NCBI GenBank assembly: GCA_045598965.1
Contig: JAZRVH010000005.1
Coordinates: 1,289-65,288 of the forward strand
From: Acutalibacteraceae bacterium
GTDB lineage: Bacteria > Bacillota > Clostridia > Oscillospirales > Acutalibacteraceae
Direction of reading: 5' to 3'
DNA length: 64,000 nt
The position numbers were made by a program, and so were the translations under genes. Within the stretch, counting starts at the first letter, position 1. The number at the start of each line of letters is the position of its first letter. Below, piece by piece: positions 18,358 to 27,716 of this stretch. Below the pieces are notes generated by a model. The model saw only the letters and a list, made by a program, of their open reading frames with translations, was not told the DNA's origin and searched no databases.

Positions 18358-19500
18358 ATGATTCTCAAAAATGGTATGGTGTATGGTGCCGACTTTGAGC
18401 CGGCGAAACAGAACATTGCGGTGGAGGGCGAAAAAATCACCGCTGTCGGTAATGTGGAGGGCTCGGGCGAGGAGTTTGACCTCACCGGTCTTACCGTTAT
18501 TCCCGGTATGATTGATATGCACATTCACGGTTGTGCCGGTTTTGATACCGGTGACGCTACTCCCGAAGCTTTGGAAGCGATGTCCGCACTTCTCGTGACT
18601 CGTGGTGTTACCTCGTTCTGCCCGACGTCGATGACTCTCGGCTTTGACGAGCTGACCAAAATCTTTGCCAACGTCGTCGAGATGAAATCCAAAGTCTCCG
18701 GTGCGTATATCCAGGGAATCAATATGGAAGGTCCCTACATTGCGATGTCCAAGAAAGGTGCCCAAAACGCCGACTATGTTCGCAACCCCGATAAAGAGGA
18801 GTTCAAAAAACTGTTTGACGGTTGCAACGGTGCGGTGAAAGTGGTGGATATTGCTCCGGAATGTGACGGTGCCGAAGCGTTTATCAAAGAGGTTCAGCCC
18901 TATTGCCCGGTTTCCGTGGCACATACTGCCGCCGATTATGATGAGGTGTGCAAAGCCTTTGAGTGGGGTGCCCGTCATATTACGCACTTGTATAATGCCC
19001 AAAGCGGTTTGACCCACCGTAAACCCGGTGTGGTTGGTGCCGCCTTTGATATGGGTAGCCGTGTGGGTGCTCGTGCCGAGCTTATTTGCGACGGTTTCCA
19101 CATTCATCCCGCCGCTTTGCGTATCGCTTTCAACCAAATGGGCGAGGACGGCACCGTTATCGTCAGCGACTCCATGAAAGCCGCCGGCAGTGTGGACGGT
19201 GTGTACGATTTGGGCGGTCAGCCGGTGTATGTGAAAGACGGAAAAGCTCTGTTGGAGGATGGCACGATTGCCGCTTCTACCTCCAATCTGCACGAGGAAT
19301 TCAAAAACGTGGTTTCTTTCGGCATTCCGCTGAAACAAGCCATTAAATCCGTGACCATCAACCCGGCAAAAGCTATTCGTGTTGACGATGTTACCGGTTC
19401 CATCGAGGCGGGCAAAAATGCCGACTTGTTGGTGATGGATGATGAATGGAACATCAAACTAGTTGTGGTTAAAGGCGTCGTGAAAGTCAACAATCTGTAA
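18358..19500 (+). CDS. nagA: N-acetylglucosamine-6-phosphate deacetylase
   Basis: 380 aa. Amidohydrolase motif PGMIDMHIHGCAGFD. The H..Y/HLYNA region is conserved. Confidence 0.88.
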   Translation: MILKNGMVYGADFEPAKQNIAVEGEKITAVGNVEGSGEEFDLTGLTVIPGMIDMHIHGCAGFDTGDATPEALEAMSALLVTRGVTSFCPTSMTLGFDELTKIFANVVEMKSKVSGAYIQGINMEGPYIAMSKKGAQNADYVRNPDKEEFKKLFDGCNGAVKVVDIAPECDGAEAFIKEVQPYCPVSVAHTAADYDEVCKAFEWGARHITHLYNAQSGLTHRKPGVVGAAFDMGSRVGARAELICDGFHIHPAALRIAFNQMGEDGTVIVSDSMKAAGSVDGVYDLGGQPVYVKDGKALLEDGTIAASTSNLHEEFKNVVSFGIPLKQAIKSVTINPAKAIRVDDVTGSIEAGKNADLLVMDDEWNIKLVVVKGVVKVNNL

Positions 19501-19523
19501 GAATAATCAGGGAGGTTACGGCT

Positions 19524-19775
19524 ATGTCTGAGAACAAATGTGTAAACAAACAAACATTACTTTGGATTGGCGTGGCGATTGTGTCCGCTTTAGTGGCGGT
19601 TGCAACCGTTTTGGTTGTGCTTCGTCGCTATTTCAAAAAAGAGGAGCTTTGCGGTGACGTGGAGTGTATCTCCTATGAGTTTGAGCCGGAGGAACTGGCG
19701 TTTGATGATGAATTCGGTGCCGATAATGTGATTGATGTAACCGAAGTTATTGAGGAAGCCGACGCAGAAGAATAA
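19524..19775 (+). CDS. Hypothetical small protein with one TM segment and an acidic C-terminal tail
   Basis: 83 aa. TM segment LLWIGVAIVSALVAVATVLVVL followed by an E/D-rich tail. A terminator follows. No family recognised. Confidence 0.5.
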   Translation: MSENKCVNKQTLLWIGVAIVSALVAVATVLVVLRRYFKKEELCGDVECISYEFEPEELAFDDEFGADNVIDVTEVIEEADAEE

Positions 19776-19781
19776 GAAAAT

Positions 19782-19820
19782 CACCCGTCAGCACGGTGGC
19801 GTGCCGGCGGGTGTTCTTAT
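19782..19820 (+). terminator. Intrinsic terminator after the nagA / small ORF unit
   Basis: 13-bp arms CACCCGTCAGCAC / GTGCCGGCGGGTG with 2 mismatches, a 6-nt loop, and a T-rich tail. Confidence 0.55.
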
Positions 19821-19859
19821 GATTATTTTGGGTGAATGCGTTGAAAGGGAGTGGGAGAA

Positions 19860-21236
19860 ATGCACAAAAATGACCTGTTTTCAGTGTCCATTGACGGCGT
19901 GACATCTCTCGGCTCCGGCATTGCCCGTATCAAAGAGGCAGATTCGCCTGACGGAATGGTGACGTTTGTGCCGTTCACGGCTCCGGGAGACGAAATTTCC
20001 TGCCGTATCCTTAAAGTGGACAAGCGTCACGCTTTCGGCAAAATGGAAGCGTTGCTCACTCCGTCGTCCGCCCGTGTGGACGATACCGGTTGTGCGGCGT
20101 TTGGCAAATGCGGCGGCTGTGCTTGGCGTCACGTGAGGTACGAGGAAGAACTGAAATTCAAAGAACAGCACGTGTTCGATTGCCTTACCCGTATCGGCGG
20201 GGCAAATCCGGAATTCTTGCCGATTTGCGGATGCGATAACCCGGACGGCTATCGCAACAAGGCCCAGTATCCCATTGCCGCCGACAAAGAGGGAAAGCCG
20301 GTGCTTGGCTACTACGCCACTCACAGTCACCGTGTTATTTCCGCCGAAACTTGTGCTTTGGAACCGGCGAGCTTTTACGACATCAAACGCCGTGTGCTTT
20401 TGTGGATGAACGAAAACAACATTGCGGCATATAATGAGGTGACCAAACGAGGTCTTTTGCGTCATTTGTATATCCGCACCGCAGAGCAGACGGGGGAAAC
20501 CATGGTCTGCTTAGTGGCAACCTCGGGAAAAATCCCCGCCGCAACGGCGTTGATTGCCTCATTGCGTGAGGTGGACGGCGTTTGCTCTGTGCTTGTGAAC
20601 GTCAACAAAAAAGATACCAATGTGATTCTCGGTGACCGGGAATTTACCCTTTGGGGCAAAGAGACGATTACCGATATCCTCTGCGGCGTGAAAGTGCGGT
20701 TGTCTGCACGGTCGTTTTATCAAGTGAACCGCCGTCAAGCAGAACACCTTTACACGATTGCCGCCGATTTTGCCGGCTTAAATGGGAATGAAACCCTGTT
20801 GGATTTATACTGCGGTGCCGGTACGATTGGTTTGTCAATGGCGAGCCGGGTGCAGTCGCTTATTGGGGTGGAAATTGTTCCCGAAGCGGTGGAGGATGCC
20901 AAACGCAATGCCGCCGAAAACGGAGTTGAAAATGCCCGTTTTCTTTGTGCGGATGCGTCTAAAGCCGCCAAAACCTTAGAGGCCGAGGGAATTTGTCCCG
21001 ACGTGGTGGTGCTTGACCCGCCACGAAAAGGCTGTGACGAAAGCCTTATTGAAACGGTGGCAAACATGAACCCCGACCGGGTGGTGTATGTTTCCTGCGA
21101 CCCGGCAACCCTGGCAAGGGATGTAAAGCGTTTTGCCTTGTCAGGCTATGTTTGCAAAAAAGCCCAGGCGGTGGATATGTTCCCGAGAACAGCCCACGTG
21201 GAATCGGTTGTGCTTCTTGAACGTGGGATACTTTAA
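19860..21236 (+). CDS. rlmD: 23S rRNA (uracil-5-)-methyltransferase, RlmD/RumA family
   Basis: TRAM domain, Fe-S cysteines CAAFGKCGGCAWRH, SAM motif LDLYCGAGTIG, and catalytic VYVSCDPATLARD. ATG at 19860 follows AAGGGAG. Confidence 0.88.
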   Translation: MHKNDLFSVSIDGVTSLGSGIARIKEADSPDGMVTFVPFTAPGDEISCRILKVDKRHAFGKMEALLTPSSARVDDTGCAAFGKCGGCAWRHVRYEEELKFKEQHVFDCLTRIGGANPEFLPICGCDNPDGYRNKAQYPIAADKEGKPVLGYYATHSHRVISAETCALEPASFYDIKRRVLLWMNENNIAAYNEVTKRGLLRHLYIRTAEQTGETMVCLVATSGKIPAATALIASLREVDGVCSVLVNVNKKDTNVILGDREFTLWGKETITDILCGVKVRLSARSFYQVNRRQAEHLYTIAADFAGLNGNETLLDLYCGAGTIGLSMASRVQSLIGVEIVPEAVEDAKRNAAENGVENARFLCADASKAAKTLEAEGICPDVVVLDPPRKGCDESLIETVANMNPDRVVYVSCDPATLARDVKRFALSGYVCKKAQAVDMFPRTAHVESVVLLERGIL

Positions 21237-21280
21237 CAACCATTTTAACTGATATTTCGAATTTGATAGTGCAAGAAGGT

Positions 21281-21652
21281 ATGTTGATGACAGCGTGTTT
21301 GTGTGTGGCGTTAGGCGGGGCAGTCGGCTCGGTTTTACGCTATCTTGTGAGTCTTGTCGATTTGGGCGAGACCACGGCGTTTCCTTATAAAACCTTGTTT
21401 GTCAACGTGGTGGGAGCGTTTATTATCGGTCTTTTGGTGGCATTTGCCGCTAAAAATGCCGCTTTGTCCGGCAACTGGATGTTATTCCTTAAAGTCGGGT
21501 TATGCGGCGGATTTACCACATTTTCCACCTTTGCATTAGAGACAGTAACCCTTACCGGTGACGGCAAATGGGGGTTGGCTGCGTGTTACGTGTTACTTAG
21601 TGTATTTCTGTCGCTGGCGGCGGTGTGGTCTGCCGAGGCGATAGTAAAATAA
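21281..21652 (+). CDS. crcB: fluoride channel CrcB/FluC
   Basis: ~123 aa, four TM segments. GGAVGSVLRY and GLCGGFTTFSTF motifs. The start is uncertain (track TTG 21263; ATG 21281 after AAGAAGG). Confidence 0.88.
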   Translation: MLMTACLCVALGGAVGSVLRYLVSLVDLGETTAFPYKTLFVNVVGAFIIGLLVAFAAKNAALSGNWMLFLKVGLCGGFTTFSTFALETVTLTGDGKWGLAACYVLLSVFLSLAAVWSAEAIVK

Positions 21653-21701
21653 ATTGGATACTTCTGCCGAATCGTCGGTGTTTTGATTAGGAGGACTACA
21701 T

Positions 21702-22634
21702 ATGATTTATGATAACGTCTTACAGGCCATTGGGCACACGCCCATTATCCGCTTAAACCGTTTGAGTGAGCCGGATGCGGCGGAAATTCTTGTAAAATTC
21801 GAGGGACTCAATGTGGGCGGCTCGATTAAAACCCGCACCGCCTACAATATGATTTGCGAGGCGGAAAAACAAGGACTTCTTAACGAAAATTCGATTATTG
21901 TTGAGCCGACCTCCGGCAACCAGGGCATCGGTTTAGCCCTTGTTGGTGCCGTGCGTGGCTATAAGACCGTTATCATTATGCCCGATTCGGTCAGCGTGGA
22001 ACGTCGCTTGCTTGTTATGCACTACGGTGCAGAAGTGATTACCGTTCACGATGACGGGGATATCGGAGCGTGTATTGATGAATGCTTGCGGTTGGCACTC
22101 GAAATGCGGGATAATAACAAAAACGTGTTTGTACCCCAGCAGTTTGAAAATATCCACAACACTTTGACCCACAAAAAACACACCGCTCTTGAAATTATGG
22201 AGCAGGTGGCAGGCCCGATTGACGGATTTTGCTCCGGCATCGGCACCGGCGGCACCATTACCGGTATTGGCGAAGTGTTGAAAGCTCAATATCCCGAAAT
22301 GGAAATTTGGGCTGTTGAACCGGAAAACGCCGCCATTTTGGCAGGCGGTAATATCGGTACTCACCTGCAAATGGGTATCGGAGACGGGCTTATTCCCGCC
22401 ATTCTTAACACCGAGATTTATGACGATATTTGTATCGTGTCCGACGAAGAAGCATTGAAAACCGCCCAAGATCTTGCCAAATACGAGGGGATTATGTGCG
22501 GTATTTCCAGCGGCACAAATGTTGCCGCCGCCCGTCGGCTGGCACGAAAACTTGGAAAAGGAAAAACGGTGGTAACCGTTCTTCCCGACACAGCCGAGCG
22601 GTATTTCTCTACACCGCTGTTTGAGGATCAATAA
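21702..22634 (+). CDS. cysK: Cysteine synthase family PLP enzyme (CysK/CysM-like)
   Basis: 310 aa. PLP-lysine region NVGGSIKTRTAYNMI, TSGNQGIGLA, and GIGTGGTITG. Confidence 0.8.
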   Translation: MIYDNVLQAIGHTPIIRLNRLSEPDAAEILVKFEGLNVGGSIKTRTAYNMICEAEKQGLLNENSIIVEPTSGNQGIGLALVGAVRGYKTVIIMPDSVSVERRLLVMHYGAEVITVHDDGDIGACIDECLRLALEMRDNNKNVFVPQQFENIHNTLTHKKHTALEIMEQVAGPIDGFCSGIGTGGTITGIGEVLKAQYPEMEIWAVEPENAAILAGGNIGTHLQMGIGDGLIPAILNTEIYDDICIVSDEEALKTAQDLAKYEGIMCGISSGTNVAAARRLARKLGKGKTVVTVLPDTAERYFSTPLFEDQ

Positions 22635-22705
22635 AAAAGTCAGCGACAATTTCTTTTAAGGACAATTTCACCGTAATCATGAATGAAAAATAAGGAGAAC
22701 GCAAA

Positions 22706-24223
22706 ATGAAACGATTTCAACTTGGAAACCTACATTTGAAGCAAAGACACAAGCTGAAAAATACCCCGGAGAATTATGCCTATTTATACTATGGCGTATT
22801 TCTGCTCTTTGTTTTTATCTATATTCTTATTGGAATGTTGACGAGAGGCGACTCGGTGCGTTATTCGTTCTTTTATTCGTCATCGTTTGACTATTTGCTC
22901 AGCACGGATATGTTTATGGACTTTTTTAACTCTGTGCGAGATGCCTCACATAACGGCGGTTACGAGAAAAACGTCATTTATCCGCCGCTTGCCAACCTGC
23001 TGTATTACTTCCTCGGCAAGATGTTTAAGGCGGATTTGGTAGCGGACAAGTTTAAGGACCGTTTTGAATTGCGTAATACCGACCCCATTGCGTTGTTTGT
23101 GTACTTTATTTCCGTTTTGCTGTGCGTGTTTGCGGTGTATCTTATCATCGACCGGTATTTACAACGGTGCAATTTTAAGGCAGCACCGGCGGCTCTCGCT
23201 ATTACGTCGGCACTGTCTTTTCCGATGCTGTATGCCATCCAGCGGGGTAATATCATCATTTTGGCGATTCCGCTTACCATGTTTTTTGTCTTTTTCCGCA
23301 ACCATGAGCGTAAACTTGTACGAGAGCTGTCGTACATTGCTCTTGCCTTGGCGGCAGGCCTTAAAATCTATCCCGCCGTGTTCGGCATTTTGTTGATTAC
23401 CGACAAGAAATACAAAGAGGCGGCTCGCCTTGTGCTATATGGTGTGGTGGCATTTGCGGTGCCGATTTTTGCCTTCGGCGGGCCGGAGCTGTTGGTGCGA
23501 CTTGTCAAAAACATCTTTTCTTTCAACTCCAACCGATCGTCGGTATCCCGTGCGTATCGTACGGGCTATTCGTTCCAGGAGTTAATCTCGGTGTATATGC
23601 CGAAGGGCGTTCCGAGAACCTGCGGCAAGGTGGTGTTCTGGTGCTTGGAACTGATGGCGGGTCTTATGGTGTTTTTGCTTCCGAAGGATTGGCAAAAAAT
23701 CACCGCCCTTTGCTATATGGTCTTTAACATCCGTTCGCTTTCCTCGTCGTATGCATTGGCGTTTTTCCTGGTTCCGTTTGTGATGTTCTTGACCGACAAA
23801 CGGACGTTCAAATGGAACGATTATCTGTATTTGTTGTGTTTGGCTCTGATGTTTATTCCTTTGCCATGTATCTGGTACGGATTCCTCGGAAATATGGCAG
23901 AAAACACCGGGTTGCTTGTCAAGTTGAAAGGGGACAGCTTAGACCACATGCGTTGGTCGCTGATTGCTCACTATGGCGGCGTCAACAAATTGCTCTCTGT
24001 TTTTGCGTTCCAGGGAATTTTCATCTTATTGACGATTGACGCCTTGTTTACGCCCGGCGACGGACTGTTTATTGATAAAGCGTTGATAAAATCGCAAACG
24101 GCGGAAACACTTTCAAAAATCAAGTCAGTGTTTTCGAAGAAAAAAGAAAACAGTGAATCGGTTTCGGAGAATACCGAAGACGTCGCTTTGGACGACGCTA
24201 AAAACGAGGAGGCTCTTTCGTGA
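22706..24223 (+). CDS. Polytopic membrane protein, GT-C fold glycosyltransferase-like (DUF2029/GT87-like)
   Basis: 505 aa, about 11 or more TM segments. First-loop acidic motif DMFMDFFNSVRDA followed by YPPLANLLYY. LAAGLKIYPAVFGILLI. Polar S/E-rich C-terminal tail. Confidence 0.55.
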   Translation: MKRFQLGNLHLKQRHKLKNTPENYAYLYYGVFLLFVFIYILIGMLTRGDSVRYSFFYSSSFDYLLSTDMFMDFFNSVRDASHNGGYEKNVIYPPLANLLYYFLGKMFKADLVADKFKDRFELRNTDPIALFVYFISVLLCVFAVYLIIDRYLQRCNFKAAPAALAITSALSFPMLYAIQRGNIIILAIPLTMFFVFFRNHERKLVRELSYIALALAAGLKIYPAVFGILLITDKKYKEAARLVLYGVVAFAVPIFAFGGPELLVRLVKNIFSFNSNRSSVSRAYRTGYSFQELISVYMPKGVPRTCGKVVFWCLELMAGLMVFLLPKDWQKITALCYMVFNIRSLSSSYALAFFLVPFVMFLTDKRTFKWNDYLYLLCLALMFIPLPCIWYGFLGNMAENTGLLVKLKGDSLDHMRWSLIAHYGGVNKLLSVFAFQGIFILLTIDALFTPGDGLFIDKALIKSQTAETLSKIKSVFSKKKENSESVSENTEDVALDDAKNEEALS

Positions 24224-25875
24224 AAGATAATCGTTTGATTTCTTTTTTCGGCACGTCCTGCACTTTGACATATAAACACGTGCGTATCGCCGCCTTTTGC
24301 TATATGGGGTTGCCATTCCTCATTTTTTCGTTGACATGGCTGTCGATTTTGCCTGCCCTCGTCAGTGCGGCTGTAACACTGTTTATTTTGACAATGGTGA
24401 TAAAACCCGATTTTTTGAAGAAAAAGGAAGCCCCTGCCGATATTGTGCTTAATCGTGACGCTGTGGAAGAAATTCGAATTCCGATTTTTGCGTTAGCGAT
24501 TGTGCTGCTTTTGGCCGGCGTATGGGTTTGGTGGTCGGGCATCGGCGGCGGATTCTACCAGTCGGGCGATTTTCCTTATCGCAATGCGGTATTCCGTGAT
24601 TTGCTTACTTACAAATGGCCGGTAATCTATAACGGTGAAAAAGGAATGCTTGCCTACTATATCGGCTTTTGGCTTCCTGCCGCCATTATCGGCAAAACGG
24701 TCGGCTTGTTCTGTCACAATGCCGACGTCACCTGGAGTGTCGGCAACACCGCTTTGTATGTATGGACGCTTGCCGGCGTGTTGTTGGTACTTTTGATGTT
24801 GTATTTCAACGTGAAAGCCATTAACGCCAAAAAGGTGCTTGTTGCCACCTTCGTCTTTCTCTTTTTCAGCGGTATGGATATTATTGGCTGGCTTGCTGCC
24901 GGTACAGACGGTTTTTTTGACCGCATGGTAACGGAGAATATCCACATCGAGTGGTGGGCGAAAAAAATCAGTTTCCCGTCCGGCCATTTATTGCAGTTTA
25001 GCTCCTTTACCACCCAACTCTTTTGGGTGTTTAACCAAGCGATTGTTACGTGGCTTGCCACGTTAACGCTGTTTCGTGAGCAAACCCCGCAAAACTTTGT
25101 GTTTATCGGAATGATGTCCCTGTTTTGCGGTCCTATTCCGTTTTACGGCTTCTTTGTGCTGGCGTTGGTGTTGGGCGTTCTCTTCTTCTGGCGTGCACGC
25201 CGTCACCCGAAATACACGATTTGCTCGTTTTTCTCGCCGTCTAATATTCTCGCCGTTGCGGGGATTTTCCCGGTTTGTTTTACCTATTTCACCGGCAACT
25301 CTGCCGCAACATTAAAAAGCGGCTCAAAGTTGTTACGCTTTGTGCCTCGCTTGATTTTTAATTTGAACGGAAAAGCCGGTGCCGGTATTTCCAAAACAAG
25401 GCTGTTGTTATTTATTGCATTTTTGTTGTTGGAATTCTTGCTGATTGCGATGTTAATGTGGTGGCATAACCGCAAAGAGTTGCCGTTTTGGGCGTGTATT
25501 GGGATGCTTTGTGTTTTCCCGATGATTTTCACCGGGGCGGCGGCAGACTTTTGTATGCGTGCAACCATTCCGGCACTTGTCGTATTTTGTGTGTATGTCA
25601 TTCGCTTTTTGTTTGAAAAAATCAACAGTCCACGCAAATCGTTAGACCGACTTTTATGTTTGCTCGTGGCGTTGTTTGTCCTCATCGGGTCAATAACGCC
25701 GGTTGTGGAGATGTCACGTGGTATCTATAAAAGTGTAGAAGCGGGGCATCTTGTTACCTATAACGACACGTTTAAGTCGCTGGGAAGCGACGAAAAAGAG
25801 GCGGGAAGTATCAAAAACTTTACCGCTCAAAAATACGAGAATTCCAAATTCTATAAATACTTTGCCCGGCATTGA
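24220..25875 (+). CDS. Large polytopic membrane protein of unknown function (possible glycan polymerase or GT-C partner)
   Basis: 551 aa, many TM segments. GTG start overlaps the upstream stop (GTGA). Conserved-looking loop HIEWWAKKISFPSGHLLQFSSFTTQLFWVFNQ. No family recognised with confidence. Confidence 0.45.
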   Translation: MKDNRLISFFGTSCTLTYKHVRIAAFCYMGLPFLIFSLTWLSILPALVSAAVTLFILTMVIKPDFLKKKEAPADIVLNRDAVEEIRIPIFALAIVLLLAGVWVWWSGIGGGFYQSGDFPYRNAVFRDLLTYKWPVIYNGEKGMLAYYIGFWLPAAIIGKTVGLFCHNADVTWSVGNTALYVWTLAGVLLVLLMLYFNVKAINAKKVLVATFVFLFFSGMDIIGWLAAGTDGFFDRMVTENIHIEWWAKKISFPSGHLLQFSSFTTQLFWVFNQAIVTWLATLTLFREQTPQNFVFIGMMSLFCGPIPFYGFFVLALVLGVLFFWRARRHPKYTICSFFSPSNILAVAGIFPVCFTYFTGNSAATLKSGSKLLRFVPRLIFNLNGKAGAGISKTRLLLFIAFLLLEFLLIAMLMWWHNRKELPFWACIGMLCVFPMIFTGAAADFCMRATIPALVVFCVYVIRFLFEKINSPRKSLDRLLCLLVALFVLIGSITPVVEMSRGIYKSVEAGHLVTYNDTFKSLGSDEKEAGSIKNFTAQKYENSKFYKYFARH

Positions 25876-25897
25876 TGTCGCAAAAGGAGGGGAGTGT

Positions 25898-26428
25898 ATG
25901 GCACATCCCATCAAACATTTTCGCACGATTACCCGTCATCGCCATGCGGTTATTCGGCATTGTTTTAAGGCGGGAATCGGCTTTCAGGGGCTCTTTCACG
26001 ATTTATCAAAATATACGCTGACGGAGTTTGTCCCCGGTGCTAAATATTACTTGGGAACCCGCAGTCCCAACGAGGAAGAACGGCGGCTGTTTGGGTTTTC
26101 CAAAGCGTGGCTTCATCATAAGGGCCGTAATCGCCATCACTTCGAATATTGGACAGATTATAACCCCAAAACCCGTACTATGTCGCCAGTGCCGATGCCG
26201 AGACGCTATGTGGTAGAGATGTTCTGTGACCGGGTGGCGGCAAGCAAGATTTATAAAGGCAAGGAATATACAAACGCTTCTGCCTACGAATATTTTTTGC
26301 CGGGAAAGGCGACCCGTTTTATTCATCCCGAAACCTCCGACCAAATTGAGCATTTTCTAAAACTTCTGGCGGATGAGGGAGAGGATGCCGCTTTTTCGGC
26401 GGTGAAAGCGTGGCTTAAAGAAGAATAA
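25898..26428 (+). CDS. DUF5662-family protein
   Basis: 176 aa from the ATG at 25898, preceded by AAAGGAGGGG. HFRTITRHRHAVIRHCFKAGIGFQGLFHDLSKYTLTEF matches my recollection of this family. Confidence 0.6.
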   Translation: MAHPIKHFRTITRHRHAVIRHCFKAGIGFQGLFHDLSKYTLTEFVPGAKYYLGTRSPNEEERRLFGFSKAWLHHKGRNRHHFEYWTDYNPKTRTMSPVPMPRRYVVEMFCDRVAASKIYKGKEYTNASAYEYFLPGKATRFIHPETSDQIEHFLKLLADEGEDAAFSAVKAWLKEE

Positions 26429-26460
26429 CTACCCGTTTTCGTTACGAATGAGGAATTTGT

Positions 26461-27648
26461 ATGGAACATAAAAACTACGGAAAAACACTTCTTGCCGGCT
26501 ATTTGGGCTCGGTAACCCAGGCCATTTCGGCGAACTTTTTGCCGCTACTTTATGTCACGTTCCAAACAGCCTACCGCTTTTCACTTACCCAAATTGCACT
26601 GATTTCCGCCGTGTTCTTTTTTGCCCAGTTGGTGGTGGACTATCTCTGTGCAAAAGTGGTGGACAGCATCGGCTACCGTCCCTGCGTGATAACGGCACAA
26701 GTTACCTCAGCACTCGGCATCATAGGGCTGACCTTTTTGCCGGACGTGTTGCCGAATGCCTTTGTCGGAACGCTGCTTTGCGTCATTGTGTATGCCGTCG
26801 GAAGCGGACTTATCGAGGTGTTAAGTAGTCCGATTATTGAAGCGTGCCCGTTCGAGAACAAAGAGGGGCACATGAGCTTGCTTCACTCGTTTTACTGTTG
26901 GGGATTTGCGGCGGTGGTGATATTTTCCACGCTTTTTTTCCACTTCTTCGGTATTGAAAACTGGCGAATTTTAGCCCTACTTTGGGCGATTATCCCGATA
27001 TACAACATCTATAACTTTGCCACGTGTCCTATTGAAACACTGGTGGACGAAGGGGAGAGTATACCCCCGAAAGACCTGCTTAAAAACAAGGTGTTTTGGC
27101 TCTTTATATTGTTAATGGTGGGGGCAGGTGCATCGGAAATATCGATGTCCCAGTGGGCATCCACCTTTGCGGAATCGGCACTCCACTTGTCAAAATCCAC
27201 CGGCGATTTAATTGGGCCGTGCGGCTTTGCGGTGTGTATGGGATTAAGCCGTGTGCTGTTTAGCAAATTCAGCGAGAAAATCAACCTCGTTACGTATATG
27301 ACGGTGTCCGGTCTGATGGCGGTTGTCTGCTATCTTCTGGCGGGCTTTGCAAAATTGCCGCTTCTCGGTCTGCTCGGATGCACGGTGTGCGGCTTTGCGG
27401 TAGGCATTCTGTGGCCGGGTTCCATTAGTCTGTCGGCAGGTATTTTGCCAAAAGGCGGCACCGCCCTGTTTGCGTTTTTGGCACTCGCAGGTGATTTGGG
27501 CGGCTCGGTTGGACCGATGCTCATCGGTGCCGTGTCTCAAGCCGCCGAAAACAATCTGCAAGTCGGCGTTGTTGCGGGCATGGCATTTCCGCTATTACTT
27601 CTCGTTTGCATAGGATTATTACGAAAATATCATAAAAGCGACAAATAA
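26461..27648 (+). CDS. MFS transporter
   Basis: 395 aa with a 12-TM pattern and a central loop. Substrate not inferable. Confidence 0.75.
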   Translation: MEHKNYGKTLLAGYLGSVTQAISANFLPLLYVTFQTAYRFSLTQIALISAVFFFAQLVVDYLCAKVVDSIGYRPCVITAQVTSALGIIGLTFLPDVLPNAFVGTLLCVIVYAVGSGLIEVLSSPIIEACPFENKEGHMSLLHSFYCWGFAAVVIFSTLFFHFFGIENWRILALLWAIIPIYNIYNFATCPIETLVDEGESIPPKDLLKNKVFWLFILLMVGAGASEISMSQWASTFAESALHLSKSTGDLIGPCGFAVCMGLSRVLFSKFSEKINLVTYMTVSGLMAVVCYLLAGFAKLPLLGLLGCTVCGFAVGILWPGSISLSAGILPKGGTALFAFLALAGDLGGSVGPMLIGAVSQAAENNLQVGVVAGMAFPLLLLVCIGLLRKYHKSDK

Positions 27649-27663
27649 AACAACATAAAACGA

Positions 27664-27705
27664 AAAAAAGACTGACCGATTGTATCACAATCGGTCAGTC
27701 TTTTT
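27664..27705. terminator. Bidirectional intrinsic terminator between the MFS gene and murC
   Basis: Perfect 13-bp stem GACTGACCGATTG / CAATCGGTCAGTC with a 5-nt loop. An A-run precedes it and a T-run follows. Confidence 0.85.
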
Positions 27706-27716
27706 ATGTTGAATAA

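Noticed and set aside
18340-19338. 332-aa minus-strand ORF, antisense to nagA. Other long antisense ORFs of the same kind include 341..1048 (+), 6083..6904 (-), 10523..11209 (-), 32292..33236 (+), 42203..42970 (-), 60525..61313 (-) and 61850..62533 (-).
   Set aside because: Each lies entirely inside a gene with clear family motifs on the other strand. Their translations are Arg/His/Gly/Val-rich and low in complexity, with no recognisable motifs and no RBS. This is typical of open antisense frames in moderately GC-rich coding DNA.
21237-21280. Possible fluoride riboswitch upstream of crcB
   Set aside because: Only ~45 nt are available, and I could not find the conserved crcB-motif elements (a GGnGAUGG..CUCC-type pseudoknot or an AACCGCC core). 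The gene is probably transcribed with rlmD or from a simple promoter.
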